From Candidatus Parcubacteria bacterium (GTDB lineage: Bacteria > Patescibacteriota > Patescibacteriia > Patescibacteriales > UBA12075), in contig CAWFCE010000002.1 in assembly GCA_963814275.1 (NCBI GenBank), positions 234,537 to 298,536 of the forward strand: DNA of 64,000 nt, read 5' to 3'. This document shows, piece after piece, positions 9,678 through 18,918 of this stretch. Numbering within the stretch: position 1 is the first letter of the stretch; the number at the start of each line of letters is the position of its first letter. Made by a program: the position numbers and the translations under genes. The notes beneath the pieces are model-generated. The model ran no database searches. It had not been told where the DNA came from and saw nothing but the letters and a program-made list of their open reading frames with translations.

Positions 9678-10805
9678 TTATTGTTTGATCGGCATTATCA
9701 CGTATAAATATCCGGGGTTGTCTTTCGATTTCAAGACACACGGCGTGGCCCCGTCTATGATATTCAGGATTACCTGTTCGCTGTCGATATTGTTTATGCC
9801 ATCGAGCAAATAACGGAAATTAATAACGATGCCGTTGTCTTTTCCTTTCACCTGGGCAGTTAAATTAATGGTGTTCTCGCCCACCTGGCTCGATTCGGAA
9901 GTTACCGTTATCTGATTCTTCCCCAGGGGAAAATCAAGATTAATGTCATTGATGCCCGATTTTGCAAATATCGCCGCCGCCTTAACCGCCCGCAAAAGCT
10001 CGGTTTTATCGACTGACGCTTCCGTTTCCGGACGTTCGGGAATAATTTGCTCATAATCGGGATACTGTCCCTCGATCAGCCTGGAAATCAATTCAATGGA
10101 ATCGATTACGAACAAGATCTGATTGTCAGAAACATAGATTTCTATTTCCCGTTCGCCTTCTCCAGCCGTATCGATCTTCAGATTAGACAGGATGCGCACC
10201 ACTTCCTGCAGGGTCTTTGCCGGTACGATTATCTTCTTCTCCGCTTCGGCATTGGTCGATACCGCAATTTTACGCTCAGCCAAACGGTAGCTATCGGTTG
10301 CCGCCAGCACCAGCTCGTCTTTTTTGAAGTTCAACAAAACCCCGGACAATTCTATCCGGGTTTCCGAGTTCGATACGGAGAAAATCACCTGCGACAAGGC
10401 GCGTTTGAAATCTTCCGCTTTAACTTTGTAGTGATGCTCGCGCTCCACCTGCGGTATAAGAGGATATTCGTCGGCCGCCTGGCCATGGAGCACGGTTTTA
10501 TAATTATCGCATTGCACCTTAAGCCGGTTATCTTTGAGCGCAATATCGACTTTCTGGTTAGGTAGCAACGCTATATATTCGGACAATACCCGGGAATCGA
10601 CCGTGAACACCCCTTCTTCCTCGACTTTGCCGCGCACCGTGGCAACAATACCGATTTCCAGATCGGTCGTGGTCAGTTTTATATGGCCGCTTTCGGCCCG
10701 GATCAAAACATTATTCAAAATCGGGAGATTAACATTTTTACCGGCAATATGCCCCACAGTCATTAAAACGCTTTTTAAATTTTCCTGCAAACTGGAAATT
10801 TTCAT
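9678..10805 (-). CDS. dnaN: DNA polymerase III beta sliding clamp
   Basis: 375 aa. MKISSLQENLKSVLMTVGHIAGKNVNLPILNNVLIRAESGHIKLTTTDLEIG is typical of DnaN, and the gene lies directly downstream of dnaA. Confidence 0.93.
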   Translation of the reverse strand: MKISSLQENLKSVLMTVGHIAGKNVNLPILNNVLIRAESGHIKLTTTDLEIGIVATVRGKVEEEGVFTVDSRVLSEYIALLPNQKVDIALKDNRLKVQCDNYKTVLHGQAADEYPLIPQVEREHHYKVKAEDFKRALSQVIFSVSNSETRIELSGVLLNFKKDELVLAATDSYRLAERKIAVSTNAEAEKKIIVPAKTLQEVVRILSNLKIDTAGEGEREIEIYVSDNQILFVIDSIELISRLIEGQYPDYEQIIPERPETEASVDKTELLRAVKAAAIFAKSGINDINLDFPLGKNQITVTSESSQVGENTINLTAQVKGKDNGIVINFRYLLDGINNIDSEQVILNIIDGATPCVLKSKDNPGYLYVIMPIKQ

Positions 10806-10835
10806 AGCTTTTTCCGTTTAACAATAACTTTTTTA

Positions 10836-12185
10836 TTATACGTTTACTTGCAATACCTGTTTAATCGCTTCGATATCCTGTTTTATCCGATCGTTATTTT
10901 CCATTTCTTTTTCAATCTTATTGTAGGCATGCATCGCGGTCGTGTGGTCGCGCCCGCCCAGTTCGTGGCCGATAGTGGGGTAACTATTGTTAAGTTCTTT
11001 GCGCAAAAGATACATGCTGATCTGGCGGGGATAAACCAATTCTTTTTTGCGGCTTTTTCCGGTCAGATCCTTATCACTGATGTCAAAAAAATTGGCTACC
11101 GCATCAAGGATGTGGCGGCTGGTCGTGGATTTGGATTTGATCGTCGACAACAAGCTGTTCAAAACGCTTTTCGTAGTATCCAGGGTGGGTTTGGAATTAT
11201 TGAATTCATGAAAAGCGATCAAACGATTAAGCGCGCCTTCCAGCTCGCGGATATTCGATTGTACATTGTTGGCGATATAATAAAGTATTTCCTGTTCCAG
11301 GGAATAATTCTTTTCCCGGCACTTGGTTTCCAGAATAACCACCTTGGTTTCGATATCAGGAGGGGTAATATCAGCTATCATTCCCCATTCAAAACGGGAC
11401 AAAAGCCTTTTTTCCAGGGCAGGAATGGATTTGGGCTGGCGGTCAGAGGTCAGGACTATCTGCTTATTGGTTTGGTGTAATTCATTGAAAGTATGAAAAA
11501 ACTCCTCTTGGGTACCATCCTTGCCGGCCATAAACTGGATATCATCAATCAACAAACAATCGACATTCCGATAACGCTCCTTAAAATCCTTAGCCTGCCC
11601 GCTTTTTACCGACTGGATGTAATCATTGGTAAATTTTTCACATGTTACATACAATACGCGTCCGTTTTGCTTGGTGATCTCGTGTCCGACCGCTTGCAGT
11701 AAGTGGGTTTTCCCCAATCCGACACCGCCATAAATAAACAAGGGGTTGTAGGCATTTCCCGGGTTGGCCGACACAGCCTGGCTGGCGGCATGGGCGAGCT
11801 CATTACCCTTGCCCACTACAAAGGTTTCAAAAACATAACGCGAATTAAGACCGTAACGATTTATTGGCGCCGCCGGTTCTGTTTCATCTTTTTTAATCTT
11901 AATCCTCTTCAGTAAATCACCCATGGGTGATGTTTTTCTGGTTTCAACTTTGTAATAAACTTTATTAACCTTTTGCTGGCTGATATTAGAAATCGCTTCC
12001 GCGATTTGCTGATGGTATTTCTTTTCCAGCCAAGCCTTGGTGAAGGTGTTGGGAACACAAACAATACATTTATCATTATCAAAGTCGGAGATAAACGTGT
12101 TTTTGAACCAGGTGGTAAAATTTGCTTTAGATAAATTCAGTTCGATTTCACCTAATACCGCCTGCCACAGTTGATCATTGTTCAT
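10836..12185 (-). CDS. dnaA: chromosomal replication initiator DnaA
   Basis: Walker A GGVGLGKTHLLQA, LLIDDIQF, sensor SNIRELEGAL, and C-terminal DNA-binding signature GGRDHTTAMHAYNKI. Confidence 0.97.
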   Translation of the reverse strand: MNNDQLWQAVLGEIELNLSKANFTTWFKNTFISDFDNDKCIVCVPNTFTKAWLEKKYHQQIAEAISNISQQKVNKVYYKVETRKTSPMGDLLKRIKIKKDETEPAAPINRYGLNSRYVFETFVVGKGNELAHAASQAVSANPGNAYNPLFIYGGVGLGKTHLLQAVGHEITKQNGRVLYVTCEKFTNDYIQSVKSGQAKDFKERYRNVDCLLIDDIQFMAGKDGTQEEFFHTFNELHQTNKQIVLTSDRQPKSIPALEKRLLSRFEWGMIADITPPDIETKVVILETKCREKNYSLEQEILYYIANNVQSNIRELEGALNRLIAFHEFNNSKPTLDTTKSVLNSLLSTIKSKSTTSRHILDAVANFFDISDKDLTGKSRKKELVYPRQISMYLLRKELNNSYPTIGHELGGRDHTTAMHAYNKIEKEMENNDRIKQDIEAIKQVLQVNV

Positions 12186-12940
12186 AGATAAGCGCGTTTA
12201 TAAATAAAACATTAAATTTTTGTTGTGTTTTTGGAGAGCTCGCTTTTGATAGTTGCATTATATCAATTAAAAAATAATTTAAAAACCCCTGTTTTTGTTT
12301 ATAACCTGTGCATGGATAGTGGATACCCCAAGAAGCAACCAATAAAAACTAAACGCGAAGACACGTTTATACTATTCTATATATGATTTAAATTCAAGTT
12401 CTCAAGTCAAATTTGGTTATTCATTTAATTTTATTTTAATGTTAATAAATCCCAATTCTGTTTAATTAATTCGGCTTGATAATTTTTAAATTATTAATTA
12501 ACCCGATAGTTTAAAATTACCGCGATAAAAAATAAATTAATAATTTGATTACTTAGTAACAATTTTATTGATGATTATTTTTCCTCCTTTAGTTATTGTA
12601 TTATTAATATATAGATATAACTAATAATAACAATAAGACGGTGATTAACTTTTCATTAAATTTTAATTTTCCTATTATTAATGCATTTTCCGGCTTTTTT
12701 CGTATGCCTAATAGGGTGATTATCTGTTGGTTAATAATGCACGGTAGTGTGGGTAAGTGTTATTTTGGGAGTTATCCAGTTTTTAGCCACGAAAACACTT
12801 CAGGTTAATCACGGCCAACCCGCACGAAGTTAACAGCAAAGCCCACAGGGATAAACACAGAAACAGCGGACCAGTTTGACCAATGGGGATAAAAGTGATA
12901 TGTTAAATTAGAATAAATTTAGATTTTGTTAAATTAAAGT
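12186..12940. other. putative oriC (dnaA-rpmH intergenic region)
   Basis: 755 bp non-coding with a very AT-rich core (~12400-12720). DnaA-box-like 9-mers: TGTGGGTAA 12748-12756 and TGGGGATAA 12884-12892 (1 mismatch each), TTATCCAGT 12772-12780 and AGTGGATAC 12318-12326 (2 mismatches each). Classic dnaN-dnaA / rpmH-rnpA divergent context. Confidence 0.6.
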
Positions 12941-13078
12941 ATGTCCAAAAAAACATTTCAACCCAATAACCTAAGGGCTAAAAAGAAACATGGTTTCCGA
13001 ACCCGTCAAGCGGATAAAGCCGGGCGGAATGTATTGGCAAGCCGGAGAAGTAAAGGACGCGCTAAAATAAGCAAATAA
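12941..13078 (+). CDS. rpmH: 50S ribosomal protein L34
   Basis: Not in the ORF track (45 aa). [45 protein letters not shown] is a canonical L34. Immediately upstream of rnpA. Confidence 0.9.
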   Translation: MSKKTFQPNNLRAKKKHGFRTRQADKAGRNVLASRRSKGRAKISK

Positions 13079-13092
13079 AGTCTTTATTATTT

Positions 13093-13437
13093 GTGTTGGC
13101 AAAACAACTAAGACTAACCAAACAAAAAGATTATGACCGGGTGTGGCAGGATGGTGTAGCCAGTTTTACTAAGATGTTAGGCGTAAAAGCCGTAAAGACG
13201 GCATCATTAACTAGCCGTGTTGGAGTGGTTGTTGGTGTGAAAGTCAGTAAAAAGGCAGTGGTCAGGAATCGGATTAAGAGACGAATCCGGGCTGTAATCG
13301 AAGATCAGAAACCGGTTATGAAAGCCGGTTTTGATATAGTGGTTGTTGCCTTGCCGTCCATTGTTGACATGGAATCGGGTGATATCAAGAAGGCGGTCTT
13401 GTCGTGTTTACAGAGGCTAAAATTAATAAATGAATAA
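13093..13437 (+). CDS. rnpA: ribonuclease P protein component
   Basis: GTG start. 114 aa basic protein ([16 protein letters not shown] = RNR motif) in the rpmH-rnpA-yidD-yidC order. Confidence 0.85.
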   Translation: MLAKQLRLTKQKDYDRVWQDGVASFTKMLGVKAVKTASLTSRVGVVVGVKVSKKAVVRNRIKRRIRAVIEDQKPVMKAGFDIVVVALPSIVDMESGDIKKAVLSCLQRLKLINE

Positions 13438-13711
13438 AATATTCAACAATGCGGCGGCGCGTTTTTTTGTTTATTGGCCGCGCTATACGGCAATTACCCT
13501 GATTAAGATCTATCAAAAGACCCTTTCCCCTGATCATGGGTTGATCAAATTCCGTTTTCCATACGGTTATTGCCGTTTTAAACCAACATGTTCGGAATAC
13601 GCGATTGACGCTTTGAATAAATATGGTTTTTGGGGAGGCGGTTTGCGCGCGGTTTGGCGTCTTTTGCGCTGCAACCCCTGGAACAAAGGCGGCTGGGATC
13701 CGGTGAAATAA
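13430..13711 (+). CDS. yidD: membrane protein insertion efficiency factor YidD
   Basis: YQKTLSP...[40 protein letters not shown] is the YidD signature. Overlaps the rnpA end by 8 nt. Confidence 0.85.
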   Translation: MNKIFNNAAARFFVYWPRYTAITLIKIYQKTLSPDHGLIKFRFPYGYCRFKPTCSEYAIDALNKYGFWGGGLRAVWRLLRCNPWNKGGWDPVK

Positions 13712-13812
13712 TTACTAATACCTAAAATATAATTTTTTATTTTGTATATTAAAACAGCATTGGTTCCAGAAAGCAATATTTGAAAATTATAATTTAGGTA
13801 ATTAGAGATTTT

Positions 13813-14583
13813 ATGTCTATATTCCAAACATTTTTTTATCAACCGATACTGAATCTATTGGTTTTTCTTTATGATATTATCCCGGGCCACGATTTGGGGG
13901 TGGCGATCATCCTCCTGACGGTAATTATCAAATTGCTTCTTTTGCCCCTGTCCCGCTCCTCGATCAAATCGCAGAAGGCCATGCAGGACATACAGCCGAA
14001 GATTGATGCCCTCAAGCAGAAGTACAAAGACAACAAAGAGGCAATGAGCCGGGCCATGCTTGGTATTTACAAAGAAAACAAAGTAAATCCTTTTTCGTCG
14101 TGCCTGCCGTTAATAATACAAATGCCGTTTTTGTTCGCGGTATTCCGGGTATTTAGGAATGGCCTGACCAATGGCTCTCTGGACCTGGTCTACCCTTTTA
14201 TCGCCCGCCCGGAATCGATCAATTATATTTCCTTTGGATTTGTCGATCTGGCCCAGCGCAACGTGGTAATGGCTGTAATGGCGGGCGCCGCCCAGTTCTG
14301 GCAGTCAAAAATGATGATGACCAAGCGGCCGGCAGTCAAGGGACCGGGCGCCAAAGACGAGGATATGATGGCGATAATGAATAAACAGATGCTGTATTTT
14401 ATGCCGGTCCTGACGGTAATTATCGGTTTGCAGTTTCCCGGCGGCTTGGCTCTGTATTGGTTGACTACTACGATTTTGACCGCATTGCAGCAGCTCTGGT
14501 TGTTTCGTAAGAAAAACGGAAAAAGCGACGAAACAGGCAAGGGCAAGATAATCGAAGGCGAGGTTATAAAAAGTTCGAATTAA
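13813..14583 (+). CDS. yidC: membrane protein insertase YidC/Oxa1 family (short form)
   Basis: 256 aa, multi-TM. LPLSRSSIKSQKAMQDIQPKIDALKQKYKDNKE..NPFSSCLPLIIQMP is a typical YidC core, with conserved synteny. Confidence 0.85.
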   Translation: MSIFQTFFYQPILNLLVFLYDIIPGHDLGVAIILLTVIIKLLLLPLSRSSIKSQKAMQDIQPKIDALKQKYKDNKEAMSRAMLGIYKENKVNPFSSCLPLIIQMPFLFAVFRVFRNGLTNGSLDLVYPFIARPESINYISFGFVDLAQRNVVMAVMAGAAQFWQSKMMMTKRPAVKGPGAKDEDMMAIMNKQMLYFMPVLTVIIGLQFPGGLALYWLTTTILTALQQLWLFRKKNGKSDETGKGKIIEGEVIKSSN

Positions 14584-14606
14584 CCCGAGTTCAAGGCTGT
14601 ATACTC

Positions 14607-14632
14607 CGCCATATTATTTATGGCGGTTTTTT
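14607..14632 (+). terminator. rho-independent terminator after yidC
   Basis: CCGCCAT-ATTATTT-ATGGCGG followed by TTTTTT. Confidence 0.7.
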
Positions 14633-14646
14633 GATATAATATATAT

Positions 14647-15075
14647 ATGAAGATAATCCAAAAAGCCGCGATCAAGGCCGGAAACAAGTATTTGATAATG
14701 CGCCGTTCGGCCAAGGTGGATATTAATCCGGACTGCTGGGATTTTCCCGGCGGCCGGCTTTATGACGGCGAAGACCCGGAACCGGGCCTTATCCGCCAGG
14801 TGTTCGAGGAAACCGGACTTAAGATCAAGGTGCTTCAGCGGCAAACCAACTATGAGATCGATACCAACGATCTTCCTTATCATTATGTAATTTATGGCGC
14901 AAAAATTCTCCAGGGCGAGGATGTGGTATTGTCGGTAGAACACGACGAATACCGCTGGTCGACCAAAGAAGAAATGAAGACACTTTCGTTGAATAAGTTT
15001 TTGGTCTATTATATCAATGACGACTCGATCATTTTCAACGATGATACAGGCAAAACACCGCCATCAAACCAATAA
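14647..15075 (+). CDS. NUDIX hydrolase
   Basis: Nudix box GGRLYDGEDPEPGLIRQVFEETGL. Confidence 0.8.
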   Translation: MKIIQKAAIKAGNKYLIMRRSAKVDINPDCWDFPGGRLYDGEDPEPGLIRQVFEETGLKIKVLQRQTNYEIDTNDLPYHYVIYGAKILQGEDVVLSVEHDEYRWSTKEEMKTLSLNKFLVYYINDDSIIFNDDTGKTPPSNQ

Positions 15076-15095
15076 AATTATATTTGAAAATAAAG

Positions 15096-15124
15096 CAACG
15101 CCATAATGACTTGGCGTTGTTTTC
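15096..15124 (+). terminator. rho-independent terminator
   Basis: CAACGCCA-TAATGACT-TGGCGTTG followed by TTTTC. Confidence 0.6.
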
Positions 15125-15214
15125 AATTGGTGTATTCGCAGTGATTTCCCTGCCATGAGCGGGGCCGAAGGATAATCCGCGGTATGGGGGAAGCGCAAGA
15201 CGGCAAATAAATAT

Positions 15215-15994
15215 TTAGAATTTACGGTCTTTGCCTACGATCAAATTGATTTTGACCGGTGCCAGGCGGATATCGACCGGACACTTGAGTTCCTGGGCGC
15301 CGTCGATCAATACCGGATGATGCTGGTTGGAAATCCGCAAGCGATTGAAAGAGAAGACACTGGAGCTTTCTCCGCTGCCGCGCATCGGCAATAGGCGCTT
15401 GCCCTGCTTGGTCTTGATGATCAGTTCAAGTACCCCGTCAGCCGGGCTGGTCTTCGCTTCCGGCGGCAAGGATATGCCGACGGGCAGGTTGACAACATCG
15501 ATCTCGCCCGCCTCCTTGATCTCGATCGTATAGTTCTCATCGATTTCGACAGTGGTCGCTTCGGTCGAAACGGCGGCAGTAAAAAGAAAATAATTATCGT
15601 TGGCTTGGCCGAGGTCCAATGTCTCGATTCGCCGTTGCGACAATACATCGCAGGCGACTTCGGTCATGCCGGTACCCAAAAATTCGGCCAAAAAGTTATC
15701 TTTTTTACCGACCGGAATAAAACCGAGCGGTATGGCGCTGCCGATCGATTCGCTGGCGTTGATGCGGGCCATGGCGTTTATCGTCTGGCTTAAAATACGG
15801 TTATCGCCGACCGCCACGATTGTTTTCGCGCCCTTTTTCACTTCATTTTCGACCGCGTTATATACCGAGCTTACCGTGCCGAGGCGGATGATCTTGCCGT
15901 TTAGCCCCAAATCGGTAATCCGGGTTTCGATCTTGGCCGCCTCAGATGAGTATTTTTTATCGGAAATAAAGGTGTCGTAGATATAAACGTGCAT
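15215..15994 (-). CDS. diacylglycerol/lipid kinase-like protein (divergent)
   Basis: 259 aa. The overall pattern (N-terminal beta-alpha unit, TIVAVGDNRILSQTINAM in place of GGDGT, C-terminal beta domain) resembles the DAGK/YegS family. The motif is degenerate. Confidence 0.5.
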   Translation of the reverse strand: MHVYIYDTFISDKKYSSEAAKIETRITDLGLNGKIIRLGTVSSVYNAVENEVKKGAKTIVAVGDNRILSQTINAMARINASESIGSAIPLGFIPVGKKDNFLAEFLGTGMTEVACDVLSQRRIETLDLGQANDNYFLFTAAVSTEATTVEIDENYTIEIKEAGEIDVVNLPVGISLPPEAKTSPADGVLELIIKTKQGKRLLPMRGSGESSSVFSFNRLRISNQHHPVLIDGAQELKCPVDIRLAPVKINLIVGKDRKF

Positions 15995-16020
15995 ATTATA
16001 AAATTATCGGCTTTTCAAAA

Positions 16021-16401
16021 TTATTTACCTGCTACAGCTGCCGTGCCCTCGTCTTTCCCCATCCGGCAATGGCCGTTTATGATCGCGCCCTTTTCGATTG
16101 ACAGCTGACCGGCGCTCAGGTCGCCCTTGATCCGGGCGCTTGCATTGACTTCGAGGTAGCCCGCGACGGTAATATTGCCGCTGACCCGGCCGCCGATACG
16201 GGCATCCTTGGCCTGGATGTCCGCGGTGATCACTGCCTTATCGCCTACCAGCAGGTGGTTGTTGGTTTTGACGCTGCCCTCGACCTCGCCTTCGATGACG
16301 ATATTGCCGTCACCATGGAAGTTGCCCTTGACTTTGACCGACTGGCCGATAATGGTTTCGGCCTGTTTGAGGCCGCTATCGTTGTTTTCGTTTTTGAACA
16401 T
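16021..16401 (-). CDS. bactofilin family cytoskeletal protein
   Basis: TIIGQSVKVKGNFHGDGNIVIEGEVEGSVKT..LLVGDKAVITADIQAKDARIGGRVSGNITVAGYLEVNASARIKGDL is the bactofilin beta-helix repeat pattern. Confidence 0.85.
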   Translation of the reverse strand: MFKNENNDSGLKQAETIIGQSVKVKGNFHGDGNIVIEGEVEGSVKTNNHLLVGDKAVITADIQAKDARIGGRVSGNITVAGYLEVNASARIKGDLSAGQLSIEKGAIINGHCRMGKDEGTAAVAGK

Positions 16402-16563
16402 AATTCGAATTTAAAGTAAAAAATATATGAATAATATATAATGGTTAAATAGCAACATCATCCTTATAATCGGAATACAATATTATTTTTAACTAAACTG
16501 GATAGCCTTAAAGCCCGGGTAAATTAAAGTATTGTTTGATTTTATATTAAACTAATTTTAAAT

Positions 16564-16598
16564 AAAAATCAACAAAAAACAACCTTAATAAGGGTTGT
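16564..16598 (-). terminator. rho-independent terminator (minus strand) following the structured RNA
   Basis: Minus strand reads ACAACC-CUUAUUA-GGUUGU followed by UUUUUGUUGAUUUUU. Confidence 0.5.
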
Positions 16599-16909
16599 AA
16601 TGTTTTTGCGACAAAATGTTTTGTGGGGGCGGGAATGCGAAACGCTTCCCGTTTGTCGGTTGTTTTGATCTACTATAAAGCACGGAGCGGATTTTACCGT
16701 TGGTACGGCGTCAGCCGTAAGACTGTTTAAAACAGCGATTGCTTACCCAAACGCTTTTGGAGCGGCGCGTGGAAATGGTTATTACAAGCAATCTGGATCT
16801 AGGTAATGATAAATACAATAAAGAGCTGATAACGGCGGGTTTCGAACAGTTTGCCGAATAACCGCCTTACTTCCTCTGTACCCCCGCAACACCTTTTGTC
16901 AGTGATTAT
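16599..16909 (-). ncRNA. unclassified structured RNA (~300 nt) with long-range closing helix
   Basis: Ends pair over 16 bp: GACAAAA 16610-16616 with TTTTGTC 16897-16903, and TTGTGGGGG 16619-16627 with CCCCCGCAA 16884-16892. At least six internal hairpins. No ORF. Minus strand assigned from promoter and terminator. One G-U pair in the closing helix would favour the plus strand. Confidence 0.5.
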
Positions 16910-16915
16910 TGATGT

Positions 16916-16943
16916 ATTATAGAATAGTGATGTTGCTAGGCAA
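16916..16943 (-). promoter_or_regulatory. sigma70-like promoter for the structured RNA
   Basis: Minus strand TTGCCT (16943-16938), 16 nt spacer, TATAAT (16921-16916). The closing helix starts ~13 nt downstream. Confidence 0.45.
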
Positions 16944-17028
16944 TTAAATTTTTCTTAAAATAAAGTAAAATAGTTAATTTGCGAACTTAAGCCATTTATA
17001 GATGCTATAAGGAGAGGTGATTAAACAT

Positions 17029-17490
17029 TTATATTCGTTTCGACATATAGACATCGTGGTGGTCCAGATGCTTCCTGATCTTGTCCGTGCGGTAACCCAG
17101 GTGTTTGTAATAATCCGGCAATCTCTTCTCACGGGCGCAATCCAGGGTAATCCGGTGGCAGCCTTTTCGTCTGGCTAATCGCTCAACGCATTTGACCATT
17201 TTCGCGCCGAGCCCCCGGTTGCGGCAACTTTTCAAGACGGCCAGTTGGTAAATATATAAAACGTTATTGGCAAGCATTTTATATTTAACCGCACCGACTA
17301 TGCGGCCGTTGATGATTGCCACGATCGTGAAAAATTCCTTGTTGTGGAAACGAAAATGGATATTTTTCGGTACGTGCGGTATGGTCGTTCTGGCGCCGCT
17401 TATGTAGGGAATCCGGTAGGCCATTCGGGTAACCGCGATAACCCGGCGTAATTCCGCCGGCCGGCCTTGCCTGATAGTAATTTTTGTCAT
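17029..17490 (-). CDS. GNAT family N-acetyltransferase
   Basis: QLAVLKSCRNRGLGAKMVKCVERLARRKG is the acetyl-CoA binding motif (Q/RxxGxG/A). Confidence 0.8.
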   Translation of the reverse strand: MTKITIRQGRPAELRRVIAVTRMAYRIPYISGARTTIPHVPKNIHFRFHNKEFFTIVAIINGRIVGAVKYKMLANNVLYIYQLAVLKSCRNRGLGAKMVKCVERLARRKGCHRITLDCAREKRLPDYYKHLGYRTDKIRKHLDHHDVYMSKRI

Positions 17491-17573
17491 AAGCTTATAG
17501 GCATTGCCATTCTGGAATTATTATGTTAACATAATTTGTTATAAATATAATATAAAAAAGGAGGTAAGCTTGA

Positions 17574-17804
17574 ATGGCTAATTTTAAATTCGTTTTATGT
17601 AATCATTGCCAGGCAGAAATTTTGTTGGCGGGCAAAAAACACATCCCCCTAAACAAAAATATCGGAGAAGCTGACAGCGTAACCCGATGCACAAATTGCC
17701 AGTGTGAAGTTCTTTACAATAGTAAGACGCTTAAGGTAGTGGACTTTAGTAAGGTCGAGCAAGAGCGTCTTGTGTTGCGCGCAATGCAGGCGGTAGGCAG
17801 ATAA
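17574..17804 (+). CDS. small zinc-ribbon-like protein
   Basis: GGAGG RBS upstream. Two CxxC pairs (CNHC...CTNCQC). 76 aa. Confidence 0.5.
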   Translation: MANFKFVLCNHCQAEILLAGKKHIPLNKNIGEADSVTRCTNCQCEVLYNSKTLKVVDFSKVEQERLVLRAMQAVGR

Positions 17805-17826
17805 TACCGCTCCATGCCTTGCCCCT

Positions 17827-17859
17827 ATCGGCAGTCTCAGTCTGGGCTGCCGATTTTTA
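17827..17859. terminator. bidirectional terminator
   Basis: ATCGGCAG-TCTCAGTCTGGG-CTGCCGAT followed by TTTTTATTTTTT. Lies between convergent genes. Confidence 0.6.
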
Positions 17860-18210
17860 TTTTTTCATTTTGACGCGGCAAAAACCTTCAAAGCGGATAT
17901 CACCCCCTTTGAATACTTCTACAACCCGGTATTTTCCCCGGGTATAGGCAAGGTTATTTTCGATAAAGTGGGTGGCTTCGAGAATGATTATACTCGCTTT
18001 CGGCCGGGACAATACTTCATTGCCCTTGGTCTCGATCAGGGGGATTTCCCCGAAGAGCCAATAGTTCCGATGGTCGCGCTTCAGAAAAGAGTAAATTTCT
18101 CCGGCCGTCAGGTCATTCGGGATGCATTCCTCGATCCGACGGTTGCCGTTCTGGTATTCAGCTATATTGCGGAGCGCCAAATCCGGGTTGTATTCGACTT
18201 TAATTCCCAT
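17857..18210 (-). CDS. hypothetical protein
   Basis: 117-aa ORF with no overlapping better frame. No motif recognised. Confidence 0.5.
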   Translation of the reverse strand: MGIKVEYNPDLALRNIAEYQNGNRRIEECIPNDLTAGEIYSFLKRDHRNYWLFGEIPLIETKGNEVLSRPKASIIILEATHFIENNLAYTRGKYRVVEVFKGGDIRFEGFCRVKMKK

Positions 18211-18231
18211 ACTTTTTAATAAATTATCGAA

Positions 18232-18849
18232 TTATTTTTTTACGCTGTCTTTTATCATTTTCACGATCTCCGGGAATTCAGTGATTTGGAAATGCCCCTT
18301 GATGTGTTTGTAGATGATTATGTCCGCGCGTTTAAGCTTCTTCCGGTATTTTTCCGCGTGGACCGGTGGAACCACCTCATCTCTGGCCGAAAAGAAAAGT
18401 TTGAGGTTGGGGCAATTTATTTCAAGTAACGACAGGTTGGATTTAAGCGTAAAACCGCCCACCAGATCCTCAGTGGAGTGGCTGTTGTCATAAGGCGGAG
18501 CGACCAGATAGACGGACCGGATCTTTTTCGGGAATTTATGTTCGGACAGGTATTTGGCCAGGAAGATCCCGCCCAGGGAAGTGCCGACCAGGATCACGCC
18601 GTTTTTCATCAGCGGAATATATCGTTCGAAATATATCCGCCAATCTTCATAGCGCGCGTTCTCCGCCAGGGGCATCATGGGCCGGATGATATCGAATTCA
18701 CGATCCAGTTTATGTTCCAGGTACTCCCCTTTCCAGCTTGGTTTCTTGGTCAGTTTAACCTCCTTGGTCCGGAGGTAATGAAGGAAATCGCGGCGGCTTT
18801 TGAAGGTTATGCCGCCGTGGATTATGAAAATTTGCTTTTTTCTTGACAT
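18232..18849 (-). CDS. alpha/beta serine hydrolase (YdeN/RBBP9-like)
   Basis: Nucleophile elbow VGTSLGG, ~200 aa, late His in IKGHF. Confidence 0.7.
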   Translation of the reverse strand: MSRKKQIFIIHGGITFKSRRDFLHYLRTKEVKLTKKPSWKGEYLEHKLDREFDIIRPMMPLAENARYEDWRIYFERYIPLMKNGVILVGTSLGGIFLAKYLSEHKFPKKIRSVYLVAPPYDNSHSTEDLVGGFTLKSNLSLLEINCPNLKLFFSARDEVVPPVHAEKYRKKLKRADIIIYKHIKGHFQITEFPEIVKMIKDSVKK

Positions 18850-18863
18850 AGGTTTAAATTAAT

Positions 18864-18892
18864 TTGACAATATAAAAGGCTTAGTATATTAT
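18864..18892 (+). promoter_or_regulatory. sigma70-like promoter of the tRNA-like gene
   Basis: TTGACA 18864-18869, 17 nt spacer, TATTAT 18887-18892. Confidence 0.5.
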
Positions 18893-18918
18893 AAAAAAAT
18901 CGTTCCTTGTGTTTTTAT

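Noticed and set aside
10047-11915. Plus-strand ORFs antisense to dnaN and dnaA (10047-10565, 10848-11480, 11493-11915).
   Set aside because: The opposite strand encodes canonical DnaN and DnaA. These are antisense shadow ORFs.
16599-16909. Tested whether the structured RNA is tmRNA, RNase P RNA, SRP RNA or 6S RNA.
   Set aside because: tmRNA is ruled out by the lack of a G3-U70 tRNA-like acceptor, a proper T arm and an ..ALAA-type tag frame. RNase P RNA is ruled out by the absence of GGAAAGTCC / ACAGAA..GGCTTA P4 strands. SRP RNA is ruled out by the absence of the GGAAGCAGC helix-8 motif. The multi-hairpin layout is unlike the 6S rod. It is left unclassified rather than forced into a family.
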